IMG/VR virus record: IMGVR_UViG_3300025913_000027
Coordinates: 1-64,000 of that record
Source: a virus
Reading direction: 5' to 3' (one strand)
Length of the DNA: 64,000 nt
The position numbers and the translations under genes were made by a program. This document shows, piece by piece, positions 38,066 to 47,353 of this stretch. Below the pieces are notes generated by a model. That model was not told the DNA's origin and made no database searches. It saw only the letters and a list, made by a program, of their open reading frames with translations. Every line of letters starts with the position of its first letter. The first letter of the stretch is position 1.

Positions 38066-38511
38066 AGGACGCGAAGGGACATGGCAGCAACGCGCACAAT
38101 TCCGGTATAGCGAATATCGGGAAACTTCGACTGCATCCGAACGTCATCAAAACTGTCGTCAGGAACCCCGGCGGATTTTCTGTCAAGCCGGTAAACGGTC
38201 AACAGCCCGAGAGCGGCTATATGGTTTCGATACCCGGGCACACTCAGATCGTATCCGAGGCGGCGCTGCGCGGGCCGCAGGGTCGAGATATAATTTCGCA
38301 ATACGCCAACGAGCATGCAGGCGTGCTCCGCGATCCCAAGGCGCATATCGGCGGATGGACGGACAAGGAAAGCGGTAAGACCTACCTCGACGTGTCCCAT
38401 CGGTATGATAACAAAGGCGATGCAGTGAAAGCCGGAAAGGCTCACAATCAAATCGCCATATGGGATGTGAAACATGGCGCAGAAATCCGGACGGGCGGGA
38501 CAGGAGAGTAG
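38062..38511 (+). CDS. KDxxGHGSN-leader protein 8
   Basis: MKDAKGHGSNAHNSG; globular cargo GGFS...GYMVS...IGGW...YLDVS...QIAIWD. Confidence 0.85.
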   Translation: MKDAKGHGSNAHNSGIANIGKLRLHPNVIKTVVRNPGGFSVKPVNGQQPESGYMVSIPGHTQIVSEAALRGPQGRDIISQYANEHAGVLRDPKAHIGGWTDKESGKTYLDVSHRYDNKGDAVKAGKAHNQIAIWDVKHGAEIRTGGTGE

Positions 38512-38514
38512 ATC

Positions 38515-38712
38515 ATGGCGGACCCGATCACAGTTTCGGACGACGAGGCTGCGAGCGTGCTGGCCAATGGCCATCCTAAAAGCAAGCCTCCGTCCCTTCA
38601 CGACGGCAATCCGTTCCCTGCGACTAGCACGGGCGTTGGCTCGGCTCCGGGCGCGAACGGCCCAGCTACGACAGGGGCGATAGGTCCCGGAGGCCCTCTA
38701 GCAAGTTGCTAG
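38515..38712 (+). CDS. small protein with a variant of the KS..H motif
   Basis: VSDDEAASVLANGHPKSKPPSLHDG; GGAG RBS. Confidence 0.65.
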   Translation: MADPITVSDDEAASVLANGHPKSKPPSLHDGNPFPATSTGVGSAPGANGPATTGAIGPGGPLASC

Positions 38713-38741
38713 TTGTTTGCGCGCCGTCGAGCCTGTAAGCT
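38706..38741 (+). promoter_or_regulatory. putative late-class promoter
   Basis: TTGCTAG-TTGTTT-N17-TAAGCT. Confidence 0.6.
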
Positions 38742-38778
38742 TGGCAGAGAAATTCCATTTTTGCGCGAGGGCCACATC

Positions 38779-39090
38779 ATGGTTGCAACTCATCCCGGCA
38801 TGTCCGATCAGACCGACAGCAACATCGCTCGCGATGGTGCGGCTAAGCGGACCCAGACCAAATTTCCGGTCAAGGAGGGCATGAAGGACATGACCACCTA
38901 TTCGGCCGGTCCGGCTAACCCCGGCGTAGGCCCGGACGCGTCTTCGGCCAACCCGCTTGATCCCGAGCCCAAGTCAAAGAAGTCGGGCGAGGTCAAGGCC
39001 TCGTGGGGCATGCGAGATGCAAACGGCCAATCGGTGAACGGCGAACTCGGCAAGGCAGTTCTCGCGGAGGCTGCAAATCTCGGAAGGTAA
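38779..39090 (+). CDS. low-complexity hypothetical protein
   Basis: GAGG RBS, start MVATHPGMSD; repeated GM[SKR]D. Confidence 0.7.
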   Translation: MVATHPGMSDQTDSNIARDGAAKRTQTKFPVKEGMKDMTTYSAGPANPGVGPDASSANPLDPEPKSKKSGEVKASWGMRDANGQSVNGELGKAVLAEAANLGR

Positions 39091-39232
39091 AAAGATCATG
39101 GTGTGGCTGCAAGCGATCTCATGCGTCTTCTTTGCTTTCCTTGTTGCCATGCCGATCATTGATCCCGAGATGGAGTTCAAGAAGCCCGACACGCCAGATG
39201 CGTGGACCGAGCCTCTTTAAGGGAGAAATACC

Positions 39233-39553
39233 ATGGTGAATGCAGTTGACGCTCAGAGCGCAGACGGTGAAGTTTTCATCGGTTCGCGTGAGAAGGCCAA
39301 AAACGGGTATGGGCAGAACGGCTATCATGGGCCGTCGAGCGATCTTCCCGGGCAGGCCACGCGTGCGAACCGTGACTTCGGTCTCGCCGCTGATCCGTCA
39401 GCGAGTGCAGGCGACTGGCAGACCCGCAAGGTCTCGAAGGACGCCTACCCGACCACGTTCGGGATGAAGGCTCCCGGCGAACCCGCCAAAGTCCCTGACG
39501 CCAACATCCGGCGCGCGTCCAAGCAGGCCGCGCCCGGGTCATTCCAGCGCTAA
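39233..39553 (+). CDS. low-complexity hypothetical protein
   Basis: GGGAGA RBS, 106 aa. Confidence 0.7.
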   Translation: MVNAVDAQSADGEVFIGSREKAKNGYGQNGYHGPSSDLPGQATRANRDFGLAADPSASAGDWQTRKVSKDAYPTTFGMKAPGEPAKVPDANIRRASKQAAPGSFQR

Positions 39554-39565
39554 AAGGAGACCGCA

Positions 39566-39913
39566 GTGTTGAAACTCGCATCGGCCGCTCTGGCGGCATT
39601 GCTCGTTCTGTCCCCCGCACTCGCCTCGACCAAAAAGCACTCGGCTGCCCCCGCGAAGACATGCACCACTCTTGATGCCCTCTCCGTCAAGCTCGAAGGC
39701 GTCCCGCTCTCTGTCAAGCTCGAAGGCGAGAAGCTCGGCGCGTTCCGGGAGAAGGTTCAAGGCCTCCCGGAGACAGTCGATCTTATCGCGGTCTTTGGTA
39801 AGAAGGGGAGCGGAAATTTCTTTGCCGTGTTCTTCGCCAAGGGGTGTGCGGTAGGCTGGGGCGCGGTCCCGGCCGCACTCATTGAGAAGCCCGCTGACGA
39901 TGGGTCCATCTGA
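39566..39913 (+). CDS. secreted/periplasmic protein
   Basis: Signal peptide MLKLASAALAALLVLSPALA; two Cys; AGGAG RBS. Confidence 0.7.
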   Translation: MLKLASAALAALLVLSPALASTKKHSAAPAKTCTTLDALSVKLEGVPLSVKLEGEKLGAFREKVQGLPETVDLIAVFGKKGSGNFFAVFFAKGCAVGWGAVPAALIEKPADDGSI

Positions 39914-40170
39914 ATGGCTGAGACTGTGAACACGTGTAAACCGTCGAGTTTACACAAGCGGCTCCAGCGTCAACTCGAAGGTATCGAGAAGCATCTGGAA
40001 CAGTTCCCCAACGACAAGCTCAGTCAGGTCCGAGCATCCACGATCCGGGCCGAACTCAGCAAATAGGCGCGACCGCGTATATCCCTGAGATATTCGCTGT
40101 CGCGTATTTTTGTGGCGCGCATGGGCGCGCTCCTTCGACATGATGTCGATGCGCGATGGAGGATACCCGC

Positions 40171-40980
40171 ATGAGCGGCAAAGTCGATGATCTAGCAGAT
40201 TTGCTCGGCCCCGAACCGGAGGTCGAAAACCTTGTTGACGAGGCTCCAGCCACAGCTCCCGCATCTCGCCCGATGGGCGCGGAAAGCCGAGCCCTCCTAG
40301 AACGGTCGCGCACTTATCCAGTCAATCGCGCGGCCAAGAAGAACACCCCTGAAATGCTCCGCCGACTTTTGAGCTACGCCGCAGAGATGCCCGTGGGCAC
40401 CACCGCCGCGCGTCGCGCTGGTATCTCCTACACGACCCTCCGGTATTGGCTCCAGAAATCTCTCGAAGGAAAACCGGGGGATGGTTTCGATGTCGTCATG
40501 GGCGACGCTGACGAGAATGGCACTGAGGATAACACAGAGCGGTTTCATATCGCATGGGACCGAGCGATGGAAATGGGCGTCGGTCTCGTGCAGGAAGCGA
40601 CGATCAAGCGCGCCATGGGCTACGAAGAGGTCCTGACTTATCGAGGGCGCGTACAGTATCAGTACGACCCTGAGAAGTGCGCGCTATCGCGTGAACTCGG
40701 TCTTCCGGAATTTGTCCCTGAGAATTATCTGCTCGACGAGTTCGGTGCGCCCCGCCCGGAGACGGTCTGGAAGATCGACCCCGATCTTGCGATGTTCATC
40801 CTCAAGACGCACATGCCGGAGAAGTATGGCAACAAGGCCAGCGTTGATGTCAACGTGCGCGGCGGAGTGCTCGTCGTCGGCGTGCGAGCGGCTACCTCGG
40901 AGGCTCTCAATCAGATCGAAGAAGAAAATCTTCGGGCCAAGCGACCGGCGGTCACGTTCGTTGAGGAGGACGACGAGTAA
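40171..40980 (+). CDS. terS: putative terminase small subunit
   Basis: Directly before terL; HTH-like AARRAGISYTTLRYW; LAMFILKTHMPEKYG; GGAGG RBS. Confidence 0.75.
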   Translation: MSGKVDDLADLLGPEPEVENLVDEAPATAPASRPMGAESRALLERSRTYPVNRAAKKNTPEMLRRLLSYAAEMPVGTTAARRAGISYTTLRYWLQKSLEGKPGDGFDVVMGDADENGTEDNTERFHIAWDRAMEMGVGLVQEATIKRAMGYEEVLTYRGRVQYQYDPEKCALSRELGLPEFVPENYLLDEFGAPRPETVWKIDPDLAMFILKTHMPEKYGNKASVDVNVRGGVLVVGVRAATSEALNQIEEENLRAKRPAVTFVEEDDE

Positions 40981-42563
40981 TGGGATTTCCGTGCGTAGCA
41001 GAGTTTCGACGAGAAGGCGCGGAGTACGTCCCGTATGTGCTGGACGACAACAATGTCCTGCGCGCGGTCGCGTGGGCTCCGCAGCCGGGATCACAAGAGC
41101 TATTCTTGATGGACCCCACGGTCGAGGTTCTCTACGAAGGAACGCGCGGCCCCGGCAAAACCGACGCGCTCATCATGGATTTCTGTCAGGAAGTCGGCAA
41201 GGGATGGGGCGCGGAGTGGAAGGGCATTCTCTTCCGACAGACCCATCCGCAGTTGCGCGACATCATTGAAAAATCCAAGAAGTGGATCAAGCGTATCTGG
41301 CCGGACGCGGTCTACAACGAAGTGAAGACGATGTGGGAGTGGCCCACGGGCGAGCGCCTTTACTTCGCGCACTTCAACACGCCGAGCCAATACAGCGACT
41401 ATCACGGCCACGCCTATCCATGGATCGGCTGGGAAGAATTGACGACGTGGGCGAACCCGGACTGCTACAAGGTCATGTTCTCGTGCTCGCGCTCGACCAT
41501 CAAGGGCATGCCTCGTAAGGTACGCTCGACAACGAACCCTTACGGCGTCGGCCACAACTGGGTCAAGTCCCGCTGGCGGCTGCCGATCAGCGGGATGATC
41601 AATGGCAAGCGCATCACGGTCGGGCCGCTCATCACGGACAGCGTTGACCAAGATGGCAATCCCGAACCGCCGCGTCGCGCCATCCACGGCTACCTCGACG
41701 AGAACGTTCTGCTGCTGCACGCTGACCCCGGATACAAGGGGCGCATCAAGGCCGCCGCACGAAACGCATCCGAACTCGCGGCGTGGATGGAGGGCTCGTG
41801 GGACATCGTCGCGGGCGGCATGTTCGACGACATTTGGTATGAGTACCGCGATACGATTGTGATGGAGCCATTCGACATCCCACCGGGCTGGAAAATCTAT
41901 CGGGCCTACGACCACGGATCGTCGAAGCCATTCTCGGTCGGCTGGTACGCGGTTAGCGATGGGACAGACTTCAAGCTGCGCGACGGGCGCACGCGCTCGA
42001 CCGTGCGAGGCGACAAGTTCCGCTTCAAGGAGTGGTATGGTTGGCGCGGTCAGCCGAACGAAGGTTCGCGCATGCTCGTCGCCGACATCGCGAAGGGCAT
42101 CATTGAGCGCGAGATCAAATGGGGTCTCCGCGCTGCCGACGCGTCGTGGACCCGCGTCAGCCGAGGACCGGCCGACAGTTCGATCTTCGACGACAACACG
42201 AACGGCTCCGATGTTTCGATTGCGACCGACTTCGAGAAGCCAGTCACGATCAACGGCGTCAAGCACCGGGGCATCTTCTGGGAGAAAGCCGACAAGGGGC
42301 CGGGCTCTCGCGAGCAAGGCTGGGAGCAAATCCGAAAGCACCTCAAGGCAACCAAGCGCCCGCCGGGCGGCTTCCGGGAAATCCCCGGGCTCTTCATCAC
42401 GACCGAATGCCAACATTGGCTTCGGTGCGTTCCCGTGCTCCCGCGCGACGAGACTAAGATCGACGACGTTGACGACGACAGCGAAGACCATAACGGTGAC
42501 GAGACGAGATATTTCCTGCGCTTCGAAGCGCCGACCATGCGGTCCGGGCGTGTAGGGGCTTGA
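40980..42563 (+). CDS. terL: terminase large subunit
   Basis: WAPQPGSQ, Walker A YEGTRGPGKT, Walker B IGWEEL, STTNP, nuclease RAYDHG...EDHNGDETRY. Confidence 0.95.
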   Translation: MGFPCVAEFRREGAEYVPYVLDDNNVLRAVAWAPQPGSQELFLMDPTVEVLYEGTRGPGKTDALIMDFCQEVGKGWGAEWKGILFRQTHPQLRDIIEKSKKWIKRIWPDAVYNEVKTMWEWPTGERLYFAHFNTPSQYSDYHGHAYPWIGWEELTTWANPDCYKVMFSCSRSTIKGMPRKVRSTTNPYGVGHNWVKSRWRLPISGMINGKRITVGPLITDSVDQDGNPEPPRRAIHGYLDENVLLLHADPGYKGRIKAAARNASELAAWMEGSWDIVAGGMFDDIWYEYRDTIVMEPFDIPPGWKIYRAYDHGSSKPFSVGWYAVSDGTDFKLRDGRTRSTVRGDKFRFKEWYGWRGQPNEGSRMLVADIAKGIIEREIKWGLRAADASWTRVSRGPADSSIFDDNTNGSDVSIATDFEKPVTINGVKHRGIFWEKADKGPGSREQGWEQIRKHLKATKRPPGGFREIPGLFITTECQHWLRCVPVLPRDETKIDDVDDDSEDHNGDETRYFLRFEAPTMRSGRVGA

Positions 42564-42594
42564 CGCCGTTAACCATAACTGATAGAGGGACCCG

Positions 42595-42987
42595 ATGCAG
42601 CCATTGACTGAAAATTTTGAGAGACACGGCCCGAGCCCGGAGACTGTCCGGGTTCGGACATGGCGTCAATCTAATCCAGTCAAGAAGATGCTACAGAACG
42701 CGCGGTATCGTTGCGGCAAAACCGGCATGGCCTTCGATCTTGTCGAGGCTGACTTGCTCCCGCTGCCAACGCATTGCCCCGTGCTCGGCACTCGTCTCCG
42801 ATATCTTGTCCCCGGTAGAAATCTTCTGAGCGCGGATCGATACGATTGCGCGTCACTTGATCGGAAGGATAACACGAAGGGCTATGTTCGCGGGAATGTC
42901 GCGATCATCAGCTTGAGAGCTAATTTGCTCAAGGGCAACGGCACCGCAGCCGAACATCGCGCGATAGCGCAATGGATGGAGACGTAG
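42595..42987 (+). CDS. HNH-family endonuclease
   Basis: HCPVLG...ASLDRKDNTKGYVRGNVAIISLRANLLK. Confidence 0.8.
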   Translation: MQPLTENFERHGPSPETVRVRTWRQSNPVKKMLQNARYRCGKTGMAFDLVEADLLPLPTHCPVLGTRLRYLVPGRNLLSADRYDCASLDRKDNTKGYVRGNVAIISLRANLLKGNGTAAEHRAIAQWMET

Positions 42988-42988
42988 C

Positions 42989-44695
42989 ATGGCACTCCCA
43001 GATAAACACCCCGAGTATGTTGAGCGCTTGGGAGAGTGGATACAGATGGCCGATACCTATGCGGGCGAGCGCGCTGTTAAGTCGAAGCGGCTCGACTACC
43101 TCCCCGCGACCGAGGGCATGGTGCAGGACGGGATGACCACGCCGAACTCGCCGGGCTGGAAGGACTATGAGGCGTATCTGCTGCGCGCGTATTTCCATGA
43201 CGTTGTCAAAGATGCCGTCAAGGCCATGGTCGGGATCATGCACAACAAGCCCGCCGTCATCAAGCTGCCCAAGCGGCTTGAGGGCATGATGGAGAAGGCG
43301 ACGATCCAAGGCGAGGGGCTCCAGATGTTGCTCCGCCGGATCAATGTAGCGCAGCTCGTTTACGGCCGATGCGGACTGCTCGCCGATGCACCGCAAGGCG
43401 TGGATGTGGATAAGGCAACTCCCTACCTCTCGTTCTACGACCCTTTGCGGATCATCAACTGGGACGCGGGCAAGCTCAACGAGGGCCGGAACGAACTCGA
43501 CCTCGTCGTGCTCGACGAAAGCGGGTATCGGCGCGAAGGCTTCACATGGAAGACCGAACGCAAATACCGTGTCCTGACACGTGGCGGAGAGCCGGAGCTG
43601 GAAAGCGGCTGGGAGCGTCCGCCTGCTGGAGCGCCCTACGGCGTCGCCATCAAAGTCAACGACACGAGTATGCCGATCCTTGAGGACTTCATCTATCCGA
43701 GTATCGGCGGTAAAATGCTTGACAACATCCCGTTCGTCTTCATCGGGGCGAACGATCTAGTACCCGAACCGGAAGTGTCCCCGCTTCTCGGCCTGTCCAA
43801 TTTGGCGCTCGCGATCTATCGCGCCGAGGCGGACTACCGACAGACCCTCTACTTGCAGGGCCAGAATACGCTCGTCGTGATCGGCGGCGCGATTGACGAA
43901 GCCGCCCCGACGCAACTGCGCGTCGGCAACAAAGGCGTCATTGACTTGAAGATCGGCGGCGACGCAAAATACATCGGCGTCTCGGCGGCCGGGCTCGGCG
44001 AAATGCGCCAGAGCTTGAAGAATGATCAGGAGGCGGCAGCCGCGCTGGGGGTTTCATTCTTGGATGTCGGCAATGCTCGCGGCGAAAGCGGCGAGGCGCT
44101 TCGCATTCGTGTGGCCGCGCGCACGACCACGATCTCTTCGGTTGCCCAGTGCGCCGGAGCTGGACTTGAGCAAGTCCTCAAATACTGCGCGGAGTGGGTC
44201 GGTGAAGACCCCGAGGAAGTTTCGGTCGAGCCCACCACGGACTTTGCCGATCAGACTGTCGCTGGCGCTGCGCTGCTTGCGTTCATGCAGGCGAAGCAAC
44301 TGGGTCTGCCACTGTCGTTGCGCTCTATGCACCGCATGATGAAGCTTAACGACATGACGGAGATGGATTTTGAAGAAGAGAATGAGCAGATCGAAGAGGA
44401 AGCCGCGTCGATGCTCGGAACGATGGTTGGCCCGTTTCAGCAGTCGGTCACAGACGATACATTCTTGGATGAGGATGTCAGCCCTATCGCTGATCCTGCT
44501 GCGGGCACGCCCGGCGGAGCTATGCCTCCCGCATCTCCGGAGGCCCCCGCCTCAACAGCGCCGCCCAATTCGAATGTTCCGATTAAGCCGAACAGTCAAA
44601 GTCCAAAGGGCCATACGCGTGGGTCACCTGTTCCGTTGAAGCGCAAGGTCGGCAAGAAAGGCGCGTCGGCCGGAAAGACGAAGGGCGGCGCGTGA
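42989..44695 (+). CDS. portal protein (DUF4055 type)
   Basis: Follows terL; HPEY...YLLRAYF, YGRCGLLAD, IINW, IPFVF, PLLGL, ESGEAL. Confidence 0.88.
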   Translation: MALPDKHPEYVERLGEWIQMADTYAGERAVKSKRLDYLPATEGMVQDGMTTPNSPGWKDYEAYLLRAYFHDVVKDAVKAMVGIMHNKPAVIKLPKRLEGMMEKATIQGEGLQMLLRRINVAQLVYGRCGLLADAPQGVDVDKATPYLSFYDPLRIINWDAGKLNEGRNELDLVVLDESGYRREGFTWKTERKYRVLTRGGEPELESGWERPPAGAPYGVAIKVNDTSMPILEDFIYPSIGGKMLDNIPFVFIGANDLVPEPEVSPLLGLSNLALAIYRAEADYRQTLYLQGQNTLVVIGGAIDEAAPTQLRVGNKGVIDLKIGGDAKYIGVSAAGLGEMRQSLKNDQEAAAALGVSFLDVGNARGESGEALRIRVAARTTTISSVAQCAGAGLEQVLKYCAEWVGEDPEEVSVEPTTDFADQTVAGAALLAFMQAKQLGLPLSLRSMHRMMKLNDMTEMDFEEENEQIEEEAASMLGTMVGPFQQSVTDDTFLDEDVSPIADPAAGTPGGAMPPASPEAPASTAPPNSNVPIKPNSQSPKGHTRGSPVPLKRKVGKKGASAGKTKGGA

Positions 44696-44852
44696 TGGCT
44701 GACGAGCAAGAGAGCGAAAATGGAGACCCGTGGCTCGACCAATTCTTGGCCGGGCAGGCGCGTAAGGAAGCGCGTGCTAACGCCACGGGCTGGTCAATTG
44801 TGATCGCGCTCGGGATCGCGGTGCTTCTCGTCATTTTGTTAGCGAGCAAGCC

Positions 44853-45104
44853 GTGAGTGATCCGGCTGGGCCGCACATCGTAAAAACCTTTCACGAGGCC
44901 ATCGATATCCTCGACGCCTGTGAACCGGCGATACGGGACATGATCGAGACGCACTTGATGGATGTTGCCGGGATTAACAAGACACGGGTCAGCGATGCCA
45001 TGCTGTCCCGTGACGAGCTGACGAAGCGCATCGTTGCGCTTCGTCATCACCACATCAAGGCGGCATTCCGCCATCTGAGAGAGCATCTACCCAGTGACAT
45101 ATAA
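44853..45104 (+). CDS. hypothetical protein
   Basis: 83 aa between the portal and the 45094 gene. Confidence 0.5.
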   Translation: MSDPAGPHIVKTFHEAIDILDACEPAIRDMIETHLMDVAGINKTRVSDAMLSRDELTKRIVALRHHHIKAAFRHLREHLPSDI

Positions 45105-46083
45105 CCCCGCCCAACCCCGCAACAATCATGGCGAGTTCGGCACGACCGACGTAGCCTTGAAGGGGCCGCAACAAACTGGAGGCGCGAGTGCAGTCGTTAC
45201 CGAACGGCCGATCAATGTTGCTGCTCACAAGGGGGCGACCACTCCCGAAGAGGCGCAGGCGCAAGCGGTCCTTGTCGCGGCTGGAGCAAAACCTCTTGAT
45301 GGGTTACCTCAGAAGCCTATCGCGCTTGAAGGACAGTGGTATGTTCCGGGACCAATCGGGCGGCTCCGCGACGCGGCCAGTGAGTATATGAGATCGGCCG
45401 GGCTGCCCTACAGCCCGCCAACCGAATACGCGAAGCTCGATAAGGAGCGGGCTGCACGGATCGCGACTGAGTACGACAACGAGAAAAACGACCCGACCGA
45501 TCCGAAGGTGAAGGCGAGCTACGAGGCGATGGCCAAGGAAACTCTCGCGCAGTGGGAAGTGATCAAGAAGACGGGTCTTCAAGTCGAGTGGGTCAAGCCC
45601 GGGCAGAAGGACCCCTACGCCCTGTCGCCGCGTCTCGCGGCGATGGACGTGAGCGAGAACAACCATTGGTGGGGATTTCCCACGGACCTCGGGTACGGCT
45701 CCGGCGTCGGCGCGAGCGACATGAGCAAAGACAATCCGCTGCTGCGACCGACCGGCGAAGTGATCGACGGGCGCAAGGTTGTCGTCAACGATGTCTTTCG
45801 CATCGTGCATGACATGATGGGCCATTTGAAGGAAGGCAATGGTTTCAGAGCCGAGGGCGAGGAAAACGCTTGGCGCTCCCATGCCGCGATGTATTCGGAC
45901 CTCGCGCGTCCGGCGATGACGAACGAAACGCGCGGACAAAATTCGTGGGTCAACTATGGCCCGCATGGTGTGACCAACCGAACGGCTGACGCGGAGCATA
46001 CGATCTTCGCTCCGCAGAAGATTGGGCTCATGCCAGACTGGACAGAGAACGAGGGTCGGATCGATGACAAACGCCCTCATTGA
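45094..46083 (+). CDS. head-module protein with N-terminal YNPAQPRNNHGEF motif and an enzyme-like C-terminal domain
   Basis: 329 aa; NDVFRIVHDMMGH...GEENAWRSH...ETRGQNSW. Confidence 0.75.
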   Translation: MTYNPAQPRNNHGEFGTTDVALKGPQQTGGASAVVTERPINVAAHKGATTPEEAQAQAVLVAAGAKPLDGLPQKPIALEGQWYVPGPIGRLRDAASEYMRSAGLPYSPPTEYAKLDKERAARIATEYDNEKNDPTDPKVKASYEAMAKETLAQWEVIKKTGLQVEWVKPGQKDPYALSPRLAAMDVSENNHWWGFPTDLGYGSGVGASDMSKDNPLLRPTGEVIDGRKVVVNDVFRIVHDMMGHLKEGNGFRAEGEENAWRSHAAMYSDLARPAMTNETRGQNSWVNYGPHGVTNRTADAEHTIFAPQKIGLMPDWTENEGRIDDKRPH

Positions 46084-46399
46084 GGAAGAACACGAGCACG
46101 ACGGCGAGGCGTGGGCCAAGCACCGTATTCGGACTGGACAGAAGAAGGTCCTGAAAATTCACGGGCACGAACTCGCGCGCTGGGCGAGGCACATCGCTGC
46201 TCAGGATGCCCAGCGCATCCACACTGCAATCAGCGTCGGCCTCACGGCTGGCGAGGATAACACGGATATCGCCCATCGCGTCATAGGCAGCCGCCGTAAC
46301 AACGGCTCCAACGGCGTGACGGAGATCACGAGACAGCACATCCTCCGCCTTGGTCGAGGACTGCTGCATAAGCGTAAATCCCGCATGAGCGGTGCCTGA
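46064..46399 (+). CDS. short MuF/SPP1 gp7-like fragment
   Basis: W...DAQRIHTAISVGLTAGEDNTDIAHRV resembles the middle of minor head proteins; canonical position; no C-terminal MuF domain. Confidence 0.5.
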   Translation: MTNALIEEEHEHDGEAWAKHRIRTGQKKVLKIHGHELARWARHIAAQDAQRIHTAISVGLTAGEDNTDIAHRVIGSRRNNGSNGVTEITRQHILRLGRGLLHKRKSRMSGA

Positions 46400-46437
46400 G
46401 TGGATGTCCACTTAGGTAATTTCGGAGGACTATCCCT

Positions 46438-47298
46438 ATGTTGAAAACAGTCTATGATACCGCCGAGGAAATCCCGGAGGGCTATGCGGACCTCTACAAG
46501 GAACGCAACGGCAAGTGGGAGCTGACTGGCATCCAAGGCGTGAAAACGCAAGCGGATGTTGATCGCGTGCAAGCTGCGCTCGTGAAGGAGCGCAACGACC
46601 ACAAAGCGACCAAGGCGCTGCTCGCGCCGTTCGAGGGCCTCGACCCCGATCAGATCACGGCCAACGCAACCGCGCTTGAAGAGGCCCGTGCTCAGTTGGA
46701 CGCCATCAACAAGGATGGTCGGCTCGATGAGGCCAAGCTGGAGCCGATTATTGCGGCTCGCGTCAAGCAGGCTACGGCCCCGCTGGAGCGCGACAAGCAA
46801 AATCTGGAGCGCCAGCTCGAAGCGCAAAAGAAGGCCGTTGCCGAGAAGGACGGCGAGGTCACCTCCTTGAAGACTTCGATCACCACGGGCGAGATCACCC
46901 GGCAGATCAGTGACGCGGCGATCAAGGCCAAGACACTGCCCTCCGCCGTGCAGGATGCTGTCCGTTATGGTAAGGACATCTTCGAGCGCACCGAAGATGG
47001 CCGCACCATCACCAAGGATGTCCCCGGCGTTGTCCCCGGACTGTCCCCGGATGAATGGTTGAAGGACATGATGGAAAAGGCTCCGCATTGGTGGCCTGCG
47101 TCTGTCGGCGGCGGCTCGCAGGGCGGCGGCCCCAACGGTCGGGGCGGTTACGGCGGAGCCAACAATCCTTGGTCGAAGGAAGGTTGGAACATGACCAAGC
47201 AGGGCGCTCTCGTGCGTCAGCTCGGCGAGGCGAAGGCGGCGGAGATCGCAGCCCAAGTCGGTGCCAAGATCGGCGATACGAAACCCGCCGCTGCCTGA
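46438..47298 (+). CDS. capsid scaffolding protein
   Basis: GGAGG RBS; coiled-coil core; KAPHWWP-Gly-rich-NNPW C-terminus; lies between portal and capsid genes. Confidence 0.8.
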   Translation: MLKTVYDTAEEIPEGYADLYKERNGKWELTGIQGVKTQADVDRVQAALVKERNDHKATKALLAPFEGLDPDQITANATALEEARAQLDAINKDGRLDEAKLEPIIAARVKQATAPLERDKQNLERQLEAQKKAVAEKDGEVTSLKTSITTGEITRQISDAAIKAKTLPSAVQDAVRYGKDIFERTEDGRTITKDVPGVVPGLSPDEWLKDMMEKAPHWWPASVGGGSQGGGPNGRGGYGGANNPWSKEGWNMTKQGALVRQLGEAKAAEIAAQVGAKIGDTKPAAA

Positions 47299-47304
47299 TC
47301 GAGG

Positions 47305-47353
47305 TTGCTAGTAGTATCAAAGGCGCGTCCCGACTAATATCGGGGCGCGCTTT
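47305..47353 (+). promoter_or_regulatory. late-class promoter overlapping a hairpin
   Basis: TTGCTAG-TAGTAT-N17-TAATAT, with stem GCGCGTCCCGA...TCGGGGCGCGC followed by TTT. Confidence 0.5.

Noticed and set aside
35353-38110. Leader-coding repeats as a CRISPR array or attC-like DNA repeats
   Set aside because: Spacing is gene-sized and irregular, variation is mostly synonymous, the repeats are not palindromic, and no cas1/cas2 or integrase is visible.
41100-42491. Long antisense ORFs such as 41100-42491, 789-1862, 3648-4649 and 46201-47256
   Set aside because: They lie opposite well-supported genes in GC-rich DNA with few stop codons and show no motifs.
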